This document shows positions 20,662-32,288 of a stretch of 64,000 nt of DNA, piece by piece (positions within the stretch are counted from its first letter, which is position 1; each line of letters starts with the position of its first letter). The translations under genes were made by a program, and so were the position numbers. The notes under the pieces were generated by a model. The model did no database searches, was not told the origin of the DNA, and saw only the letters and a list, made by a program, of their open reading frames with translations. The stretch comes from Porphyridium purpureum (lineage: Eukaryota), in assembly GCA_008690995.1 (NCBI GenBank), contig VRMN01000004.1, forward strand, positions 1,054,001-1,118,000, read 5' to 3'.

Positions 20662-21366
20662 ATGAGCCAGTGCGACGGGAAAGGAGAGATGGACACGTCC
20701 ACACCGGTAGACCACCAGACCGAGGCTTGGGAACACGATGATTCTCAAGCCGACGGGGTGGTACAGGTGTTCGTGAACCGGCCGGCGCTCTTGCTAACGG
20801 GCGTTGTACCAATCGGCCTTGGCATGCTCGTCGGCATCCCACTGGCGTTAAAGATCGGCACTTCGGCGATGCGCGAGTCTGCCGGGGCGGAGGCATTGAA
20901 GAGACACCAGCCGCTGCCGCATCAGCGTGTCAAGACGGAGCAGTTGTACAAGGATGGCGCAAAGTTAGCAGCCAAGGCGCTTGTGTATGGAACGCTGTTG
21001 TGTGCAGCTTTTGGTGTTGTCATCGTGGGCGGCATTCGGTGGTACTATGATGTGGATTCGGTACGCGCCTTTGTTTTGCGTATGCGCGTGGAGGTGCCGC
21101 AACAGCAGCAGGCGCTGCGTGGCATACTGGAGCGTCCTCTGGTAGCGCTGCGAGGCGCGGGGGATGGAACTCATCACGGTGTCGAAGGAATAGTGCACAG
21201 CGTCTGGACAGACTCAGCGCTCGCGCGGCGGGTGAGCGAGCGCATCCATGCGTCGTCCGAGAGGCGCGCAGAACTGGAGCGCGAGCGAGAGAGCAAAGTT
21301 CCGGAGGGAAAACTCACCATCGAGCATGACGAGATTCCAGAGACCGGAGAGAAGGGAACACTATGA
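20662..21366 (+). CDS. Two-TM membrane protein, possibly TMEM242/DUF1358-like
   Basis: Two hydrophobic segments; AAKALVYGTLLC...YYDVDSVRAF resembles the DUF1358 pattern. Confidence 0.55.
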   Translation: MSQCDGKGEMDTSTPVDHQTEAWEHDDSQADGVVQVFVNRPALLLTGVVPIGLGMLVGIPLALKIGTSAMRESAGAEALKRHQPLPHQRVKTEQLYKDGAKLAAKALVYGTLLCAAFGVVIVGGIRWYYDVDSVRAFVLRMRVEVPQQQQALRGILERPLVALRGAGDGTHHGVEGIVHSVWTDSALARRVSERIHASSERRAELERERESKVPEGKLTIEHDEIPETGEKGTL

Positions 21367-21466
21367 CATAAATCCTTTGCTATATTAGTCTACTCATGTG
21401 TGAATGGTTCACGTCTCTGTGGCAAGACGGCATTCGAAGAACGACGCCGAAGATTTCGGAAGTTTC

Positions 21467-23851
21467 CTATTCCGATTCGGCCAAAATCCGAATGCGGATT
21501 TGGCGTGTCTGGACATCCACGTGCTCCACAAGAACCTGGCACGGGTCGTTTGGCTGCAGGAGTTTTCGAGACTTGGTCTTTTTGTCCTGTGAGGACAGCA
21601 CTCCATTCGCATTCACCAAAGCAACAGCAGAGAGCCCGGTCTGCAGCAGGCGCACGCGCACCTTGTTTGCGTTGCGACTGATGACGGTGGCGTCCATGAT
21701 TGCCGAGCCACCCACACTGGAGGCCTTGCGTTTGGCACAGTGATCAGCGAGCGCCTCGTACAGGTAAACCTGTCGCTGCTCTTGCACAACTTGCTTGTTC
21801 TCTACGAGCCGACTTTCGATCCATTTGTTGAGCTGCACCATTTGCTCTCGGCGCGATGGTTCGTGGCCCGTCAGCACCGCCTTGATTTGGCGCTGAATAG
21901 CAAGGTCCATGTACTTCCGCATCGGCGCGGTACCGCAGCGCATGGCAAAGTACCGGGAACCGCGGCGCTCAGGTAGGTACGCTCGGTGCTTTCGTGCAAA
22001 CTCGCGGATGTAGTGTCCCGCCACATTCAGCACCGAGTCGAGCACTTCATGCACTTCGCTGAACTCGTACTTGTCCACAACAACTGCTTTACCTCTCTGC
22101 GCGCTGCGCACGGACATGAAGTCTGCGCGAAACTGACGCCGAGGCTGGTCCGCCGGAAGGACGCGAAGCAATGTGTTCGTAGCCTCTTTCAGCAACGCAA
22201 GCCACTGCGAGAGTGGACCTTCGGGCGCAGCCTTGAGCAAGTCAATCGCCTGCTCAAAGGTCAGGACGTGCACTGCCGGCACAACATTCCTTGAAATATC
22301 CCAGGACACGACTTCATTTCGCTCCGGGTTGACCATGAAATCGATCGTAATCGCTTCGGTGGGCAAATCAGTAGAAAAGCTCGCGGCTTCCACTACAAAT
22401 GCAGGAAGCATGTGTAGCGGTCCCCGCGGTAAGTAAATGCTTTGCGCGCGATCACGTGCGACGAGATCGACGGCCGAATCTCTAGGCACGACGGCGTCGA
22501 CGTCAGCCACGTGCACGCACACTCGAATGAGGCGTTGATCAGCCACGGTGACAAGCCGGCAGCTCACGGCATCATCGCGAAAGGTCGCGCTCTTGTCATC
22601 AATACAGTACGCAGTGCTTGAAAACGTGGATTGCTTTGCTGAACGCGACCGCTGCGACTGTTGCAGTTGACTTCTGCGCTGAAATGCCGCGTCGCGCTGC
22701 TCGCGCGCTGCTTCCAAAATATGCTCCGGGAATGCCCAGCTCGTCCTATTTCCATTTTCGTCTAAATCTGATTTGGACCAGAAGCCGATGCGCTGCAGAA
22801 AGCGTTTGGTCTCGCTCTGTGAGTGACCGAAGCCCAGCGCACTCAGCGGCGCGCGCGCCGATTTGGGAAAGGTGCTGGCGGGCGGACCCGATATTGCAAA
22901 CACTTCGAGCGCTCTGAGCAGCTGCAGATGCTCGGCACTCCACACAACCTGCTTTGCTTGCTCGGCAGATGACGACGCTGGCGAGTGCTCGCTTGCGTTC
23001 AGAATCGCCGCACATTCGAGCTCAAACGCGTTTGCTGCACGTGACGCAGCTACCGAGCCGGGGAGAGCTCGCCAGCCCGTTCCCGGGGCGCCGCGCTTGA
23101 ATTTCACTGAATCTGAAGCCAGGACGAGACCCGCGCAGATGCGCTCCACGTCTGGGTCTGAGGGCACGCGCAACACGCGCTGCGCATAGAAGAAATCTGC
23201 CACAGTGGCAGACGATATGTGCGATTTCGGGTTGCCCTTTTCCAAACGTGCCATTTTTGCGTGTAATTTCTCCAAATTGAGGGACCGCGGTGCGGCCTTT
23301 TGCAAAACAGCTGTTGCACGGCTAATTTTAGCTGCCAGGATATGCACGGGCTCCTCGTCTGCGTCTGCAGAACTTGAAATCACCGACGAAGAGCCCCACG
23401 TCCCCACAACTTCATCCAGCGAAACCCGCACATTCCTTAAAACTTGCATGTCCTGCGGCTGAACCAGGTCGACCACAACGTGCTTCTCTTGCAGCTCTGT
23501 CACGATGCCCCAAACGAGCCGCTTACTGCGCCACACCTCGACCACTGCATTCTCCTTTGGCATTTTCGACACAAAATGATTTGAGCGCGCGCTATCAATG
23601 TTTCTGCTTGTCGACGCGGACACATCCACCGTCATGGACACCCTCCTCAACGTCGATTTCGAAGCGCCGCCGGGCGCCGCCCGTCGAGGCACCGACTGCA
23701 TACCGCCCGCATTACGCCCAACACCAGGCGCACGGCACGCGCGCGTTTCTCTTCGCACGTCTGCATGCGAATTGTGAACACATGTACTCACAAACGCCAC
23801 CGGAGATATCTCCACAGCTTTCACACAACTATCCTTCATCGTCCCACGCAC
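21467..23851 (-). CDS. RNase II/RNB-family exoribonuclease, probably organelle-targeted
   Basis: YCIDDKSATFRDDAVS, VHVADV, RAQSIYLP..PLHMLP, TAPMRKYMDLAIQRQIKA; AFVS.. transit-like N-terminus; C-terminal S1-like region. Confidence 0.9.
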   Translation of the reverse strand: MRGTMKDSCVKAVEISPVAFVSTCVHNSHADVRRETRACRAPGVGRNAGGMQSVPRRAAPGGASKSTLRRVSMTVDVSASTSRNIDSARSNHFVSKMPKENAVVEVWRSKRLVWGIVTELQEKHVVVDLVQPQDMQVLRNVRVSLDEVVGTWGSSSVISSSADADEEPVHILAAKISRATAVLQKAAPRSLNLEKLHAKMARLEKGNPKSHISSATVADFFYAQRVLRVPSDPDVERICAGLVLASDSVKFKRGAPGTGWRALPGSVAASRAANAFELECAAILNASEHSPASSSAEQAKQVVWSAEHLQLLRALEVFAISGPPASTFPKSARAPLSALGFGHSQSETKRFLQRIGFWSKSDLDENGNRTSWAFPEHILEAAREQRDAAFQRRSQLQQSQRSRSAKQSTFSSTAYCIDDKSATFRDDAVSCRLVTVADQRLIRVCVHVADVDAVVPRDSAVDLVARDRAQSIYLPRGPLHMLPAFVVEAASFSTDLPTEAITIDFMVNPERNEVVSWDISRNVVPAVHVLTFEQAIDLLKAAPEGPLSQWLALLKEATNTLLRVLPADQPRRQFRADFMSVRSAQRGKAVVVDKYEFSEVHEVLDSVLNVAGHYIREFARKHRAYLPERRGSRYFAMRCGTAPMRKYMDLAIQRQIKAVLTGHEPSRREQMVQLNKWIESRLVENKQVVQEQRQVYLYEALADHCAKRKASSVGGSAIMDATVISRNANKVRVRLLQTGLSAVALVNANGVLSSQDKKTKSRKLLQPNDPCQVLVEHVDVQTRQIRIRILAESE

Positions 23852-24706
23852 ATCCAGCGCAGCTTAATCAAGCCTCGGCGCAGGGCAATTCTGGTCAAAG
23901 CCACTTCACACAATGAGTTGCTGGTGCTTGCATCAATCAACACATCTATGCTGCCAGCTGTTCTTATATCACTCTCCTTCTTACTCTCTCGCTTGGTTCA
24001 CATCCAGGCGTCCCCTTCCGCAACCCGCCGCACGACGAGCGTCATGCACTGCAGCTGTACCTCCATCAAACATGGGGTACACTTCTCGCGTCGGTTTTCT
24101 CTAGTTCAGTACTGGCGGCATCGGTCCGCCGATAAACCGTTAAAGTGAGCACGTGAAACCGTTTTCAGAGCGCCACGACGTCGCGCACATTTGCGAGACA
24201 TGCTCGTCATAGCTCCTGCGCTGGATATGCGACTCCAAGTTGGACGTCGGGCAGGCGAGATTCCACCGACAGGCTGAGACTGCAAGAAGAGTAACTGGGG
24301 AAATCGTCGGCGAGAGGAGAAGGGCCAATTCGGGGAGAACGACTCTCCATGTTGCTGCGCGCGCGTCCGCAAATGGCGCCAGGCAGAAAGACGTTTCGGT
24401 CTATCGGTTTAGACCGATCATTGCGCGGCGGCAAGAAAGCCGCCCTCTGGCGTCATGAACGTTAAATAAATCAATCTTTACACTTTCTGGCGTCGTGATT
24501 AACATCTGCACTGTACACTACCAAAATAATCACTCTGTGAAGTGCGGATAAGAAAGCCGGAAAGTACAGCGAGGCAGTGCAGAGCGATGCGGTCAAACTT
24601 GCGGGTTAAAAGTGGAGAGGCGGTGGTGTGGGGGGGGAAAGAAGGGCAAGCTTGTGCTTGAGAGCGAGAAAGGAAGCTGCGTGGTGAGGTTTGAGTGATC
24701 GATAGT

Positions 24707-25987
24707 ATGTTGCCCGGCGGATGGACTCAGCATAAGGATGCGCAAGGGCGTGAGTACTTGTATAATGGCGGGACGGGCGAGACGCGATGGTTGTGGACAC
24801 GCCACGAGGATCCCCAGATGCGCGGCCGCGAGTTTATGTATAATAATGTGACGGGCGAGCGACTGTGGATTGATGAGACCACCCGCGCCGCAGTGTCTGT
24901 GGGAAACCAGGTGTTTGGAGCGCCCGCCAAGAAAGATGCGCCGAGTGCGAATGTGCAGCTGAATCAGCAGCCCCACGCAAGCAATGGCGCAGCGCATCCG
25001 CAACGGATGTCGCCGACGCACCAGCACCAGCAATATGTGCATCCCGCTGCGCATGTGCCGCAACAGCAACAGTATGGCGGCCAAAATGCGATGCACGTGC
25101 AACCTCAGCCTCAGTATAATGGTGCTGCTGGTGCCGTTGCAGGATCTGGTGCCGCAGTGTTGACTCCGCACGCGCAAACCATGTATGCTACTCCGCAAGA
25201 ACGACAGCAACTACAGCAACGGCAGCCACAAGTGGCTCCGGTCGTCAGCGGCGTGAATCAGGCGGCCCGTATCCTCGCAAATACTTCGATTACTGCTCCT
25301 CCAGCGGTCGCTGTGAATGGCAGTGCGGACGGTGGCACACCGGACCTGTTGACGGGCGATGCCAGCACCGAAAACAAGCGAAAAGGCAAGCCCAAGCATC
25401 CCAAAGGCGGAAGTCTTGGTGGAGGACAGCCACAAAGCGAAGCGGCACCAGTCCCTCCGAACGGTCAGCGTCTGTTCATGAACGAGATCGAATGTGTGTC
25501 GTCGTCTGGCCGGCCCTATGCGTTCAACAAGGATACTCGTAAGTCGCGCTGGCTTCCGCGTGACAAGCCGCTACCTTCAAAGGAAGACGCCGTGGCTCTT
25601 CTACAGAGGCTCGTGCGTGGGCGCATTCTGGTGCGAGACCACAAGCCGCAACACGTCCTGACGCGCTTGAAGCGCGGGTTACAGCATGTTGAAAAGCTTG
25701 TGGGTGCGGGCGGCCGCTATGATCTCGCCGTGCTCGAATCAGTAGTACAAGAGTACGAAAAGCGCGAGCAGCGGCCGGACTACGATGCCATGAAGGCGCA
25801 CCACGTTGACCTTTTGCACGTCGGGGAAGCAATCACCAAGGAAATGCTCCAGCTCGACGGTATTGATACGAAAGGCTTGCCCAGCCTACGCACATATCGC
25901 AAGCTGACGGCGCAGCGCATCGTTGCACTCGGAGACAAGGTCGATGTGCTCAAGCACCGGATGGAACAGCTGATGGATCTTTGCTGA
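24707..25987 (+). CDS. WW-repeat, IQ-motif, BAG-domain co-chaperone-like protein
   Basis: LPGGWTQHKDAQGREYLYN..TGETRW plus two further WW-like units; LQRLVRGRILVR IQ-like motif; EAITKEMLQLDGIDT...RTYRK BAG motif. Confidence 0.8.
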   Translation: MLPGGWTQHKDAQGREYLYNGGTGETRWLWTRHEDPQMRGREFMYNNVTGERLWIDETTRAAVSVGNQVFGAPAKKDAPSANVQLNQQPHASNGAAHPQRMSPTHQHQQYVHPAAHVPQQQQYGGQNAMHVQPQPQYNGAAGAVAGSGAAVLTPHAQTMYATPQERQQLQQRQPQVAPVVSGVNQAARILANTSITAPPAVAVNGSADGGTPDLLTGDASTENKRKGKPKHPKGGSLGGGQPQSEAAPVPPNGQRLFMNEIECVSSSGRPYAFNKDTRKSRWLPRDKPLPSKEDAVALLQRLVRGRILVRDHKPQHVLTRLKRGLQHVEKLVGAGGRYDLAVLESVVQEYEKREQRPDYDAMKAHHVDLLHVGEAITKEMLQLDGIDTKGLPSLRTYRKLTAQRIVALGDKVDVLKHRMEQLMDLC

Positions 25988-26435
25988 GAGAGCGTGTGCG
26001 TTGATACCTCCGCGAGTAAAATTTGGGCCGCACCTTGTGTGGATGAAAGCGTGGAAGAAGAAGAATATCCGCCTGTTTACAGGAGGCAGTACCTCATCCA
26101 AGATTATTTTGCTCGGCATCCAAATTTTGTCCTTCTTTTGTGCCCTGCGGAAATCAAGACACATTTTAGAGGCGACAATTTACCTTCGCCTAAAAGTCAA
26201 AGAAAGAAAAATAAGGTCAGAGGCGTCGACGCTATCCCTCAAAATGACAGTCAGTTTGCAATGACAAGGCAGGGCCGCTTTACCCTCCTGAAAGCTTTCC
26301 AGGCACTCGCTCGCGTTTGCACAAAGCTCTGTGCACGGGACATGAGGTGCAGGTTGAGATGTCTCCCAGGACTTTGCGTCAGCTCAAAAGCTCCATACAT
26401 GCCATACTCTCGCGGGTTCCTAGTGAATGAGGTTT

Positions 26436-27728
26436 TCACATCATGGCTTCGACTTGAGCGGGCTGCTTCGTTTCTTCTGGTGTGCGGTCCCATAGCTCGG
26501 GCTCAGGCACAGCCTCAGCTCTTTCCGGGTGCGCCTTTTCCGGAGTGGCGGTCACGGGACTCGGGTGCCTCTCGGGCATTTCCTTCTCACCCAACTCCTT
26601 CTCTGCCTGCTCAAGAACTGCCTCAAACTGCTTGTCCGACGCAGTCTTCTGCTTCTCTTCGTGCACCTTCTCAGCGAGCTCGACGCTCTGCGTCTCAGCG
26701 GTCGCACTCTTGAGGAACGCCGACTCCTTCTTGACATGCTGGAATTCGGTCGTCGCTCGCTGGAAGTGCGCCTCACGAAGCTGCTCTTGTTCGCGCTTTG
26801 CGCGCAGCGCTTCGTCCGTGGCGCGCGCGGTCTTCTCTGCCCAGCCTGAAGTAGCAGCCTCGGCCAGGCTGGCCTCTGATGTCAGCTCTTCAATGGACGG
26901 CGTGGCTGCCCATCCCTGCACTAGTCGCGAAGTCTCATCGTGCAGCACCAGGTCAACGTGGTCCTCCAGCAGCGGACGCAGCACGTCCAGGCAATTAGTG
27001 AACGTTGTGGAGGTGGTCTGCAGCATACGCACGTTCTCCATGCAGGATACCCACACGATCTCCTGCAAGTCGTCGTCAATTTTGGTCATAATTTCGCGCA
27101 GCTTGTCCACCGACTTGTCAGCGCTCTTCTTCGCGTCGTCGCGCTTGGCCACGTTGCGATCAACCCGAGCCTTGCCACCAAAGCGCGAGCTCATTTTGTC
27201 CAGCTTTTGAACATAATGGTCAAATGCCTCGACGTACTCGGAATGGCGCGCATTCTCCTTGCGAAAGCTCCTGAGCAGCGCGCGGTAGTCGGACAGGATC
27301 TCAAGCACAATCGTACGCTGCTGGTCGTGCTGCGCCATGTCATCTACGCTCTTCTGCAGCTCGGCGCTTGTCTTTTTGAGCAGCTCAAAGATGCGATGGA
27401 ACAGCTTGTCTTCGTCCGCGCTCTCCGCTTGGTCGGGCGGTGCCGAGAGCAGGCGGTGGTGGAGGGCCTTCTCCCATGTTGCCTCGGCGGTCTTCACATA
27501 GTCCGTCAGCGCAACGCACGGGATAAGCCAGAGCTTGGGGTCCCCCGTCAAGTGGTTTTCCAACGTACGAACAGCCTCGAGTTGCCGGCGCACAAACGCG
27601 TCGAGCGCATTCCAGTCGGTCTGGATACCAAACGAGGTCTCGCGGGATTCCAGCGCGGCTGTCGCGCCTTCCTCGTTTCCAGACTTGCTCGCAGACTTAC
27701 TCGCAGACTTGCTCATCCTCTCCGGCAT
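26436..27728 (-). CDS. BAR-domain-like coiled-coil protein
   Basis: All-helical; FDHYVQKLDKM...VDRNVAKRDDAK resembles the BAR helix 2-3 pattern; acidic tail. Confidence 0.6.
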   Translation of the reverse strand: MPERMSKSASKSASKSGNEEGATAALESRETSFGIQTDWNALDAFVRRQLEAVRTLENHLTGDPKLWLIPCVALTDYVKTAEATWEKALHHRLLSAPPDQAESADEDKLFHRIFELLKKTSAELQKSVDDMAQHDQQRTIVLEILSDYRALLRSFRKENARHSEYVEAFDHYVQKLDKMSSRFGGKARVDRNVAKRDDAKKSADKSVDKLREIMTKIDDDLQEIVWVSCMENVRMLQTTSTTFTNCLDVLRPLLEDHVDLVLHDETSRLVQGWAATPSIEELTSEASLAEAATSGWAEKTARATDEALRAKREQEQLREAHFQRATTEFQHVKKESAFLKSATAETQSVELAEKVHEEKQKTASDKQFEAVLEQAEKELGEKEMPERHPSPVTATPEKAHPERAEAVPEPELWDRTPEETKQPAQVEAMM

Positions 27729-28309
27729 GTACCCTCCTCCTCTCAGCCTTATCCTTCAGGGTCTCTCTCAACCTGAGGTTTCAGACGAACAAACGGACAT
27801 GCTACAGAGGTCCACAGTCCCGCATCATCTGTTCGATGCGAGCTTGTGTTAAGCCACCCAAACGCTGGACACGACATCTCTCGACAGCTTTTATACCCAC
27901 AGCTGCCTGAAGCCGTAGCGCATCGACACAAAACGTGTCACGCAACTTGCACGGTCTTGCTTTGCATGTCGTATGGGAGCGACACACGCAGGCGCAGACA
28001 GACACGCGTTGGTCGGGGATGGAAGAAGGACACACAAGGAATGGCACGAGGAGTGTCATTGAGTCGCACGCTTATCGTACTTCCGCACGTCGGTGCACTC
28101 ACACGCTGCATTAAAGCACGCGCGTGCGATGCGCGCGCCGGCTCGGCGCACTCACCGCTGCGCACGCTGTGCGCTTCGCGCTCGAAAGTGGACCCACGCG
28201 CCTCAAGGCAGACAGCGCACCACCCGAAAAATGGCTCAGGGCACGGATGATACTGTACTCTTGTTCTGGGCTGAAGTCTTCGTTTTTGTTTTTGGTTTTG
28301 GGTTCTCGC

Positions 28310-28996
28310 TCATTGCAGAAGGGCCTCGATGTGCGACACGCTCGTCGCGTCCATGGTTGGAAGGCACAGAGATGGATATGATGTGGCTTGCGTGTACGCA
28401 GGATGGTGAGCCTCGATTTTTCGTGCCAGCGACTCCAACTTGAGCGCGCGCTCCAGCACATGCGGTGCTTGAGTCCACTCTGCGCGCGGCTGCTCGGTTT
28501 CGCGAGTCTCGGCAGAAATCAACGCAGATGCACTGTCCTCCAGCATGCGCAGCTCCACTTGTACTCGCTCGCGTTCCACTCGAGTACGCACGAGCTCCTC
28601 CATGAGATGTGATCTTGTCTGCTCGTCGGCAAAGACACTATTCTGGCATACCGACGGCATCTCCACGTCCAGGGTCCACTCTAGCGGCACGGAGCCTCCC
28701 GCATCCACGTCAACGATTCTGTCCAGACCAAGGCTCTTTGTGTACGATCGCCAAAGGCTCAGATTGTCGCGCAAACGGGGCGCGAATCCGGCCATAATAT
28801 CGTCGACGGCGCTCTGCGCTCTACGCTGCGCTTCTGCGCACACAGGCTCATGCGCAACAGTTGCCTGGCCATCCGCATCAGGGCACGCGCAAGAGCATGT
28901 GTGTAAAAGCTCGGACAGGCTACCTTTGAGCGCATCTGCAGCGTCACACGCCTCGAGCTGGGCGCTCCGCACCACCTGCGCTGACCAAGCCTCCAT
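28310..28996 (-). CDS. Coiled-coil protein, weakly Mis12-like
   Basis: 228-aa ATG-led ORF, helical with C-terminal coiled coil; family assignment is weak. Confidence 0.5.
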   Translation of the reverse strand: MEAWSAQVVRSAQLEACDAADALKGSLSELLHTCSCACPDADGQATVAHEPVCAEAQRRAQSAVDDIMAGFAPRLRDNLSLWRSYTKSLGLDRIVDVDAGGSVPLEWTLDVEMPSVCQNSVFADEQTRSHLMEELVRTRVERERVQVELRMLEDSASALISAETRETEQPRAEWTQAPHVLERALKLESLARKIEAHHPAYTQATSYPSLCLPTMDATSVSHIEALLQ

Positions 28997-30074
28997 CCCT
29001 CTCTTTCGCTCCCTCTCTCTCCGAGTTTCTCTGTTATCTTTCTCTCGCGCTCAGCTTCTGATCCTCACTGCTCGGTTCACCAACTCATTCCGAGCCTCGT
29101 ACGCCTCCTCCAACCTTCTCTAGCTCTCTGCGTGTCTCTTCTCCGTCAACGCTGCCGCGCGCACCTGCGTCCGCTTTCTCACACATGCAGTTTTCAAATT
29201 TTCAAAACCTCGCAAAGTACAGTGCGACCGACCCAGCAGCCGCAACGCTGTACCTTATGTACCCACTGTACCTACTCTCGTTTCGCAATGCGGCATTTCC
29301 GCGGTGTGGGCGTGGAAGCTGATACGGCGTGCGGCTCGTGGCGCGTGGCGCGTGGCCGTGTCTCTATGCAAACGCGCGTGTTTTCACAGCCTGCACGCGT
29401 GAGATACTTCGCCCGCAGTTGTGCTCGCATTCGGTCTATTCTGTCTATTTTGTATTCTCGCCCGTTTTCTATGTGAAGCGGCGCTGATTTGATAGGCACC
29501 TTCGTGCGCGCCGCTTTTCAGTAGTGCGATGTTTGGATGGCCGGTTTTCGTCATTTTCGGCATGTTTGGCATTTTTTTGGCGGGGGGTGGCGCGTGTGTG
29601 GGTGCGAGGTGGAAGAGGAATGGCGAGGCTGAACAGGTGGTGGTAGTGGTGGTGGTGGTGCGTATGTGACGGGGTGGTGGCGATGATAGATGCGCGTGTG
29701 ACATCGGCGTGTACTTATTAGAGGTGAAAGGGGGAGCAAGCGTCGTGTTATTCGTCATAGGTGGAGGAGCGCTACACCTAACGTGCCATAGGGAAAGAGA
29801 TAGAGAGAGAGGGTGGAAGCCGTACGTCACGTCGCTGCGTGGTGAGGAGAGGGCGCGAGCGCGCAGACACGTGGAAAGAACGTCGGTGGCGCTTGGAACG
29901 GGACTGAGCGCGCTCTGGCCGTGCAGTGCTCCGGTGGTGTATGGTGACAGAGCGACAGACACAGCGTCGTGCGGTCGTTGTGTTGTCGGTTGGAACAGGG
30001 AGGCACCGCAGCACACGCGCAAGGAGTGATCTGGGCCCAATGAACAGCATAGAATATCAAGCGGTGACGTATCG

Positions 30075-31919
30075 ATGAAACATTCGCGAGGTCGGGAGCC
30101 GACATCATCGACCACGAGGACGCGAGACGAGACACTCACACCAGACGTACAGATGAGTGCAGCGGCGACGGCGACGGGTGGCGCCGGCCCACCGCCGCCG
30201 CCGTCGAATATTGCGATGTTATCAGGCGCCGCGAGCAGCAGCAATATGTTTGCACTTGGCAACACACCTTTCAACTACAGCAGTGACATGGCGCGCATTC
30301 AGTCTACCGACTCGTTTATTGGCGGTGGTGACAGGTTTGGCTCCACAAACTCGCTGCACGCCATGGACCGTATTGGCTCGCTTAGTTCGCTCACAATGCT
30401 GTTGGAGGCTCATACCAGCAGCGCGAACGAAGTGGTGAACGGTGGCCAGTCCGTAGCTACGACAGCCGGATGGGCACCATTCGCGGGAGGATTTTCGGCG
30501 TCGGCGGGAACGAGTCCTGCAGTACGGATGGGTGGCGTTTCTGTCAGAGGGAATCCAATTGATCCACTCCAGTTGGGATCGTCCGCGCATGCTGGGCAAC
30601 CACCTCTGTCGCAGACTTCGTGGGGTAATACCGCAAGCGCGGCGGTGGCGGCGCCATCGCCGCAGCAGCAACATCCACCGCCCACGCCCGCGTATCACGC
30701 CGCTTCAAACTTGCCCACGACCACCTCGGCCGGTTCGCTTCTGCTCACAAACGTTATGAGCGCGTCAAACCTGTTGGCTCTCAGTGAGTCCCACCGCGGT
30801 GCGTCATCGGCGCGAGTGGACGAGTTTTTCCATGTGCCATCGTCGCAAAGTATTTGGAACAATCCAGCCTTTTCGGCTATGGATTTGAGCATCAATACTG
30901 GCACGGCGGCGCTCAGTGCGCTTGGCTCCGATGTAGACATTGCTCCCGCAGCGATTGCATCTTATGATACGCAGTGGATGACGTCTGCTGCATCCTCGCA
31001 TCCAGCGCCAGGGTCTGGGACCCTGCTAGCAACGACGCAGACACCTCGATACCAAGCGATGCACGGAGTACCTTCACTGCAGAGCTTTGCGTTGCCGAGT
31101 TCCAGAGGGTCTAGGTCAGAACTACTACCCAGTAAGAGCGTGCTTAATTTAGATGGACTTCAATGGAATGAGTCCATGCCAGACCTCATCACTTACTTGA
31201 ATTCACAACTGCGCAAATCGGAGAGCGCGCTGCTAGATCCTGCGCTGGCTGAGGGTCATACAGCTCATCCGGCGGCTTCGGAGCTTTCCGAAGAACGGAG
31301 AGGCGGCGATGGTGAGAAACGGAAAAGGCAGCGACGGTCAAAGTCAGACGTTGCTACCGCACAGGTTTCGAAGCAAACGTCGGATGGGGCGACATCGAAC
31401 TTGAACGCAGCATGTGCATCGACTGCCGAGACGGTGGCTGCGGCCGGCGCCTGGTCTACTGCGTCGGCCGGTTCGGCCGAGCCGGCAACGCACGAACGTC
31501 GAAAGGGAGCTGCGGGCCCGCCCACGGCACCAGCAGTGCCGGCACGATTTGCATCATCTTCGGCAGCTGTTCCGACAGGAGAACAGCCAGATAGAAAGAA
31601 GCGACGATCTCGCAAGCGACATCAGGAAACAATCAATCGACTGCGACGTATGCTAGTCTCCGTGCACGAGCGTGCAAATGTCGTGTTGCAGCTAAGCAGT
31701 GTATATTTGGCGGAGGCGCGGTACCTGGCTGAAACACAGCAGCGGTTACAGCGTGAGAACTCTTACATGCTGGCGATGCTGCAGGCATCTGGTCTCAATG
31801 AAAAGCACAAAGACGGAGACGCTGTAGACACTGCTGTACCGAAGATAGACGGCGTACTGGCAAAAGCTAGTCGCGAGCCTCCAAGTGGTAGTGCGGCAAA
31901 CATGCAGTCGCGCACGTAA
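30075..31919 (+). CDS. Transcription factor with C-terminal atypical bHLH-zipper
   Basis: Long S/A/P low-complexity region, then RKKRRSRKRHQETINRLRRML...ANVVLQLSSVYL...LQRENSYML. Confidence 0.65.
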   Translation: MKHSRGREPTSSTTRTRDETLTPDVQMSAAATATGGAGPPPPPSNIAMLSGAASSSNMFALGNTPFNYSSDMARIQSTDSFIGGGDRFGSTNSLHAMDRIGSLSSLTMLLEAHTSSANEVVNGGQSVATTAGWAPFAGGFSASAGTSPAVRMGGVSVRGNPIDPLQLGSSAHAGQPPLSQTSWGNTASAAVAAPSPQQQHPPPTPAYHAASNLPTTTSAGSLLLTNVMSASNLLALSESHRGASSARVDEFFHVPSSQSIWNNPAFSAMDLSINTGTAALSALGSDVDIAPAAIASYDTQWMTSAASSHPAPGSGTLLATTQTPRYQAMHGVPSLQSFALPSSRGSRSELLPSKSVLNLDGLQWNESMPDLITYLNSQLRKSESALLDPALAEGHTAHPAASELSEERRGGDGEKRKRQRRSKSDVATAQVSKQTSDGATSNLNAACASTAETVAAAGAWSTASAGSAEPATHERRKGAAGPPTAPAVPARFASSSAAVPTGEQPDRKKRRSRKRHQETINRLRRMLVSVHERANVVLQLSSVYLAEARYLAETQQRLQRENSYMLAMLQASGLNEKHKDGDAVDTAVPKIDGVLAKASREPPSGSAANMQSRT

Positions 31920-32288
31920 GGGGCTGTAGCGGCGGTACCAGGCAGCGTATCGTTCTCTTCCGAGACGGTTTCTGCCGGCCAATCACATGTTCCACTTTTG
32001 CTCGGTCGCCATGGGCAGCTGCCTGATTCGAGCTCTGACACTGTAGCCCAGCCGAGTCGACCCCATTCCTAGATCACACGGAAACGGGATCCACACCTTG
32101 ATGCTGCAGCTTCGCGCGACTCCAAAAGGATGAAAAAGGCAGCGAATTTGAGTGCAAGATAAGTTGAATGCATTCAAGCATTGCCGCCGCGTGGTGCGAG
32201 AATTTTCCGGCGGGTCAGCTTCGCGCGGTTGTCACGCCAAGCATGGTGAAGAGCCGTTCCAACGAGCTTGGCTCGTACGGAGTAAAAT

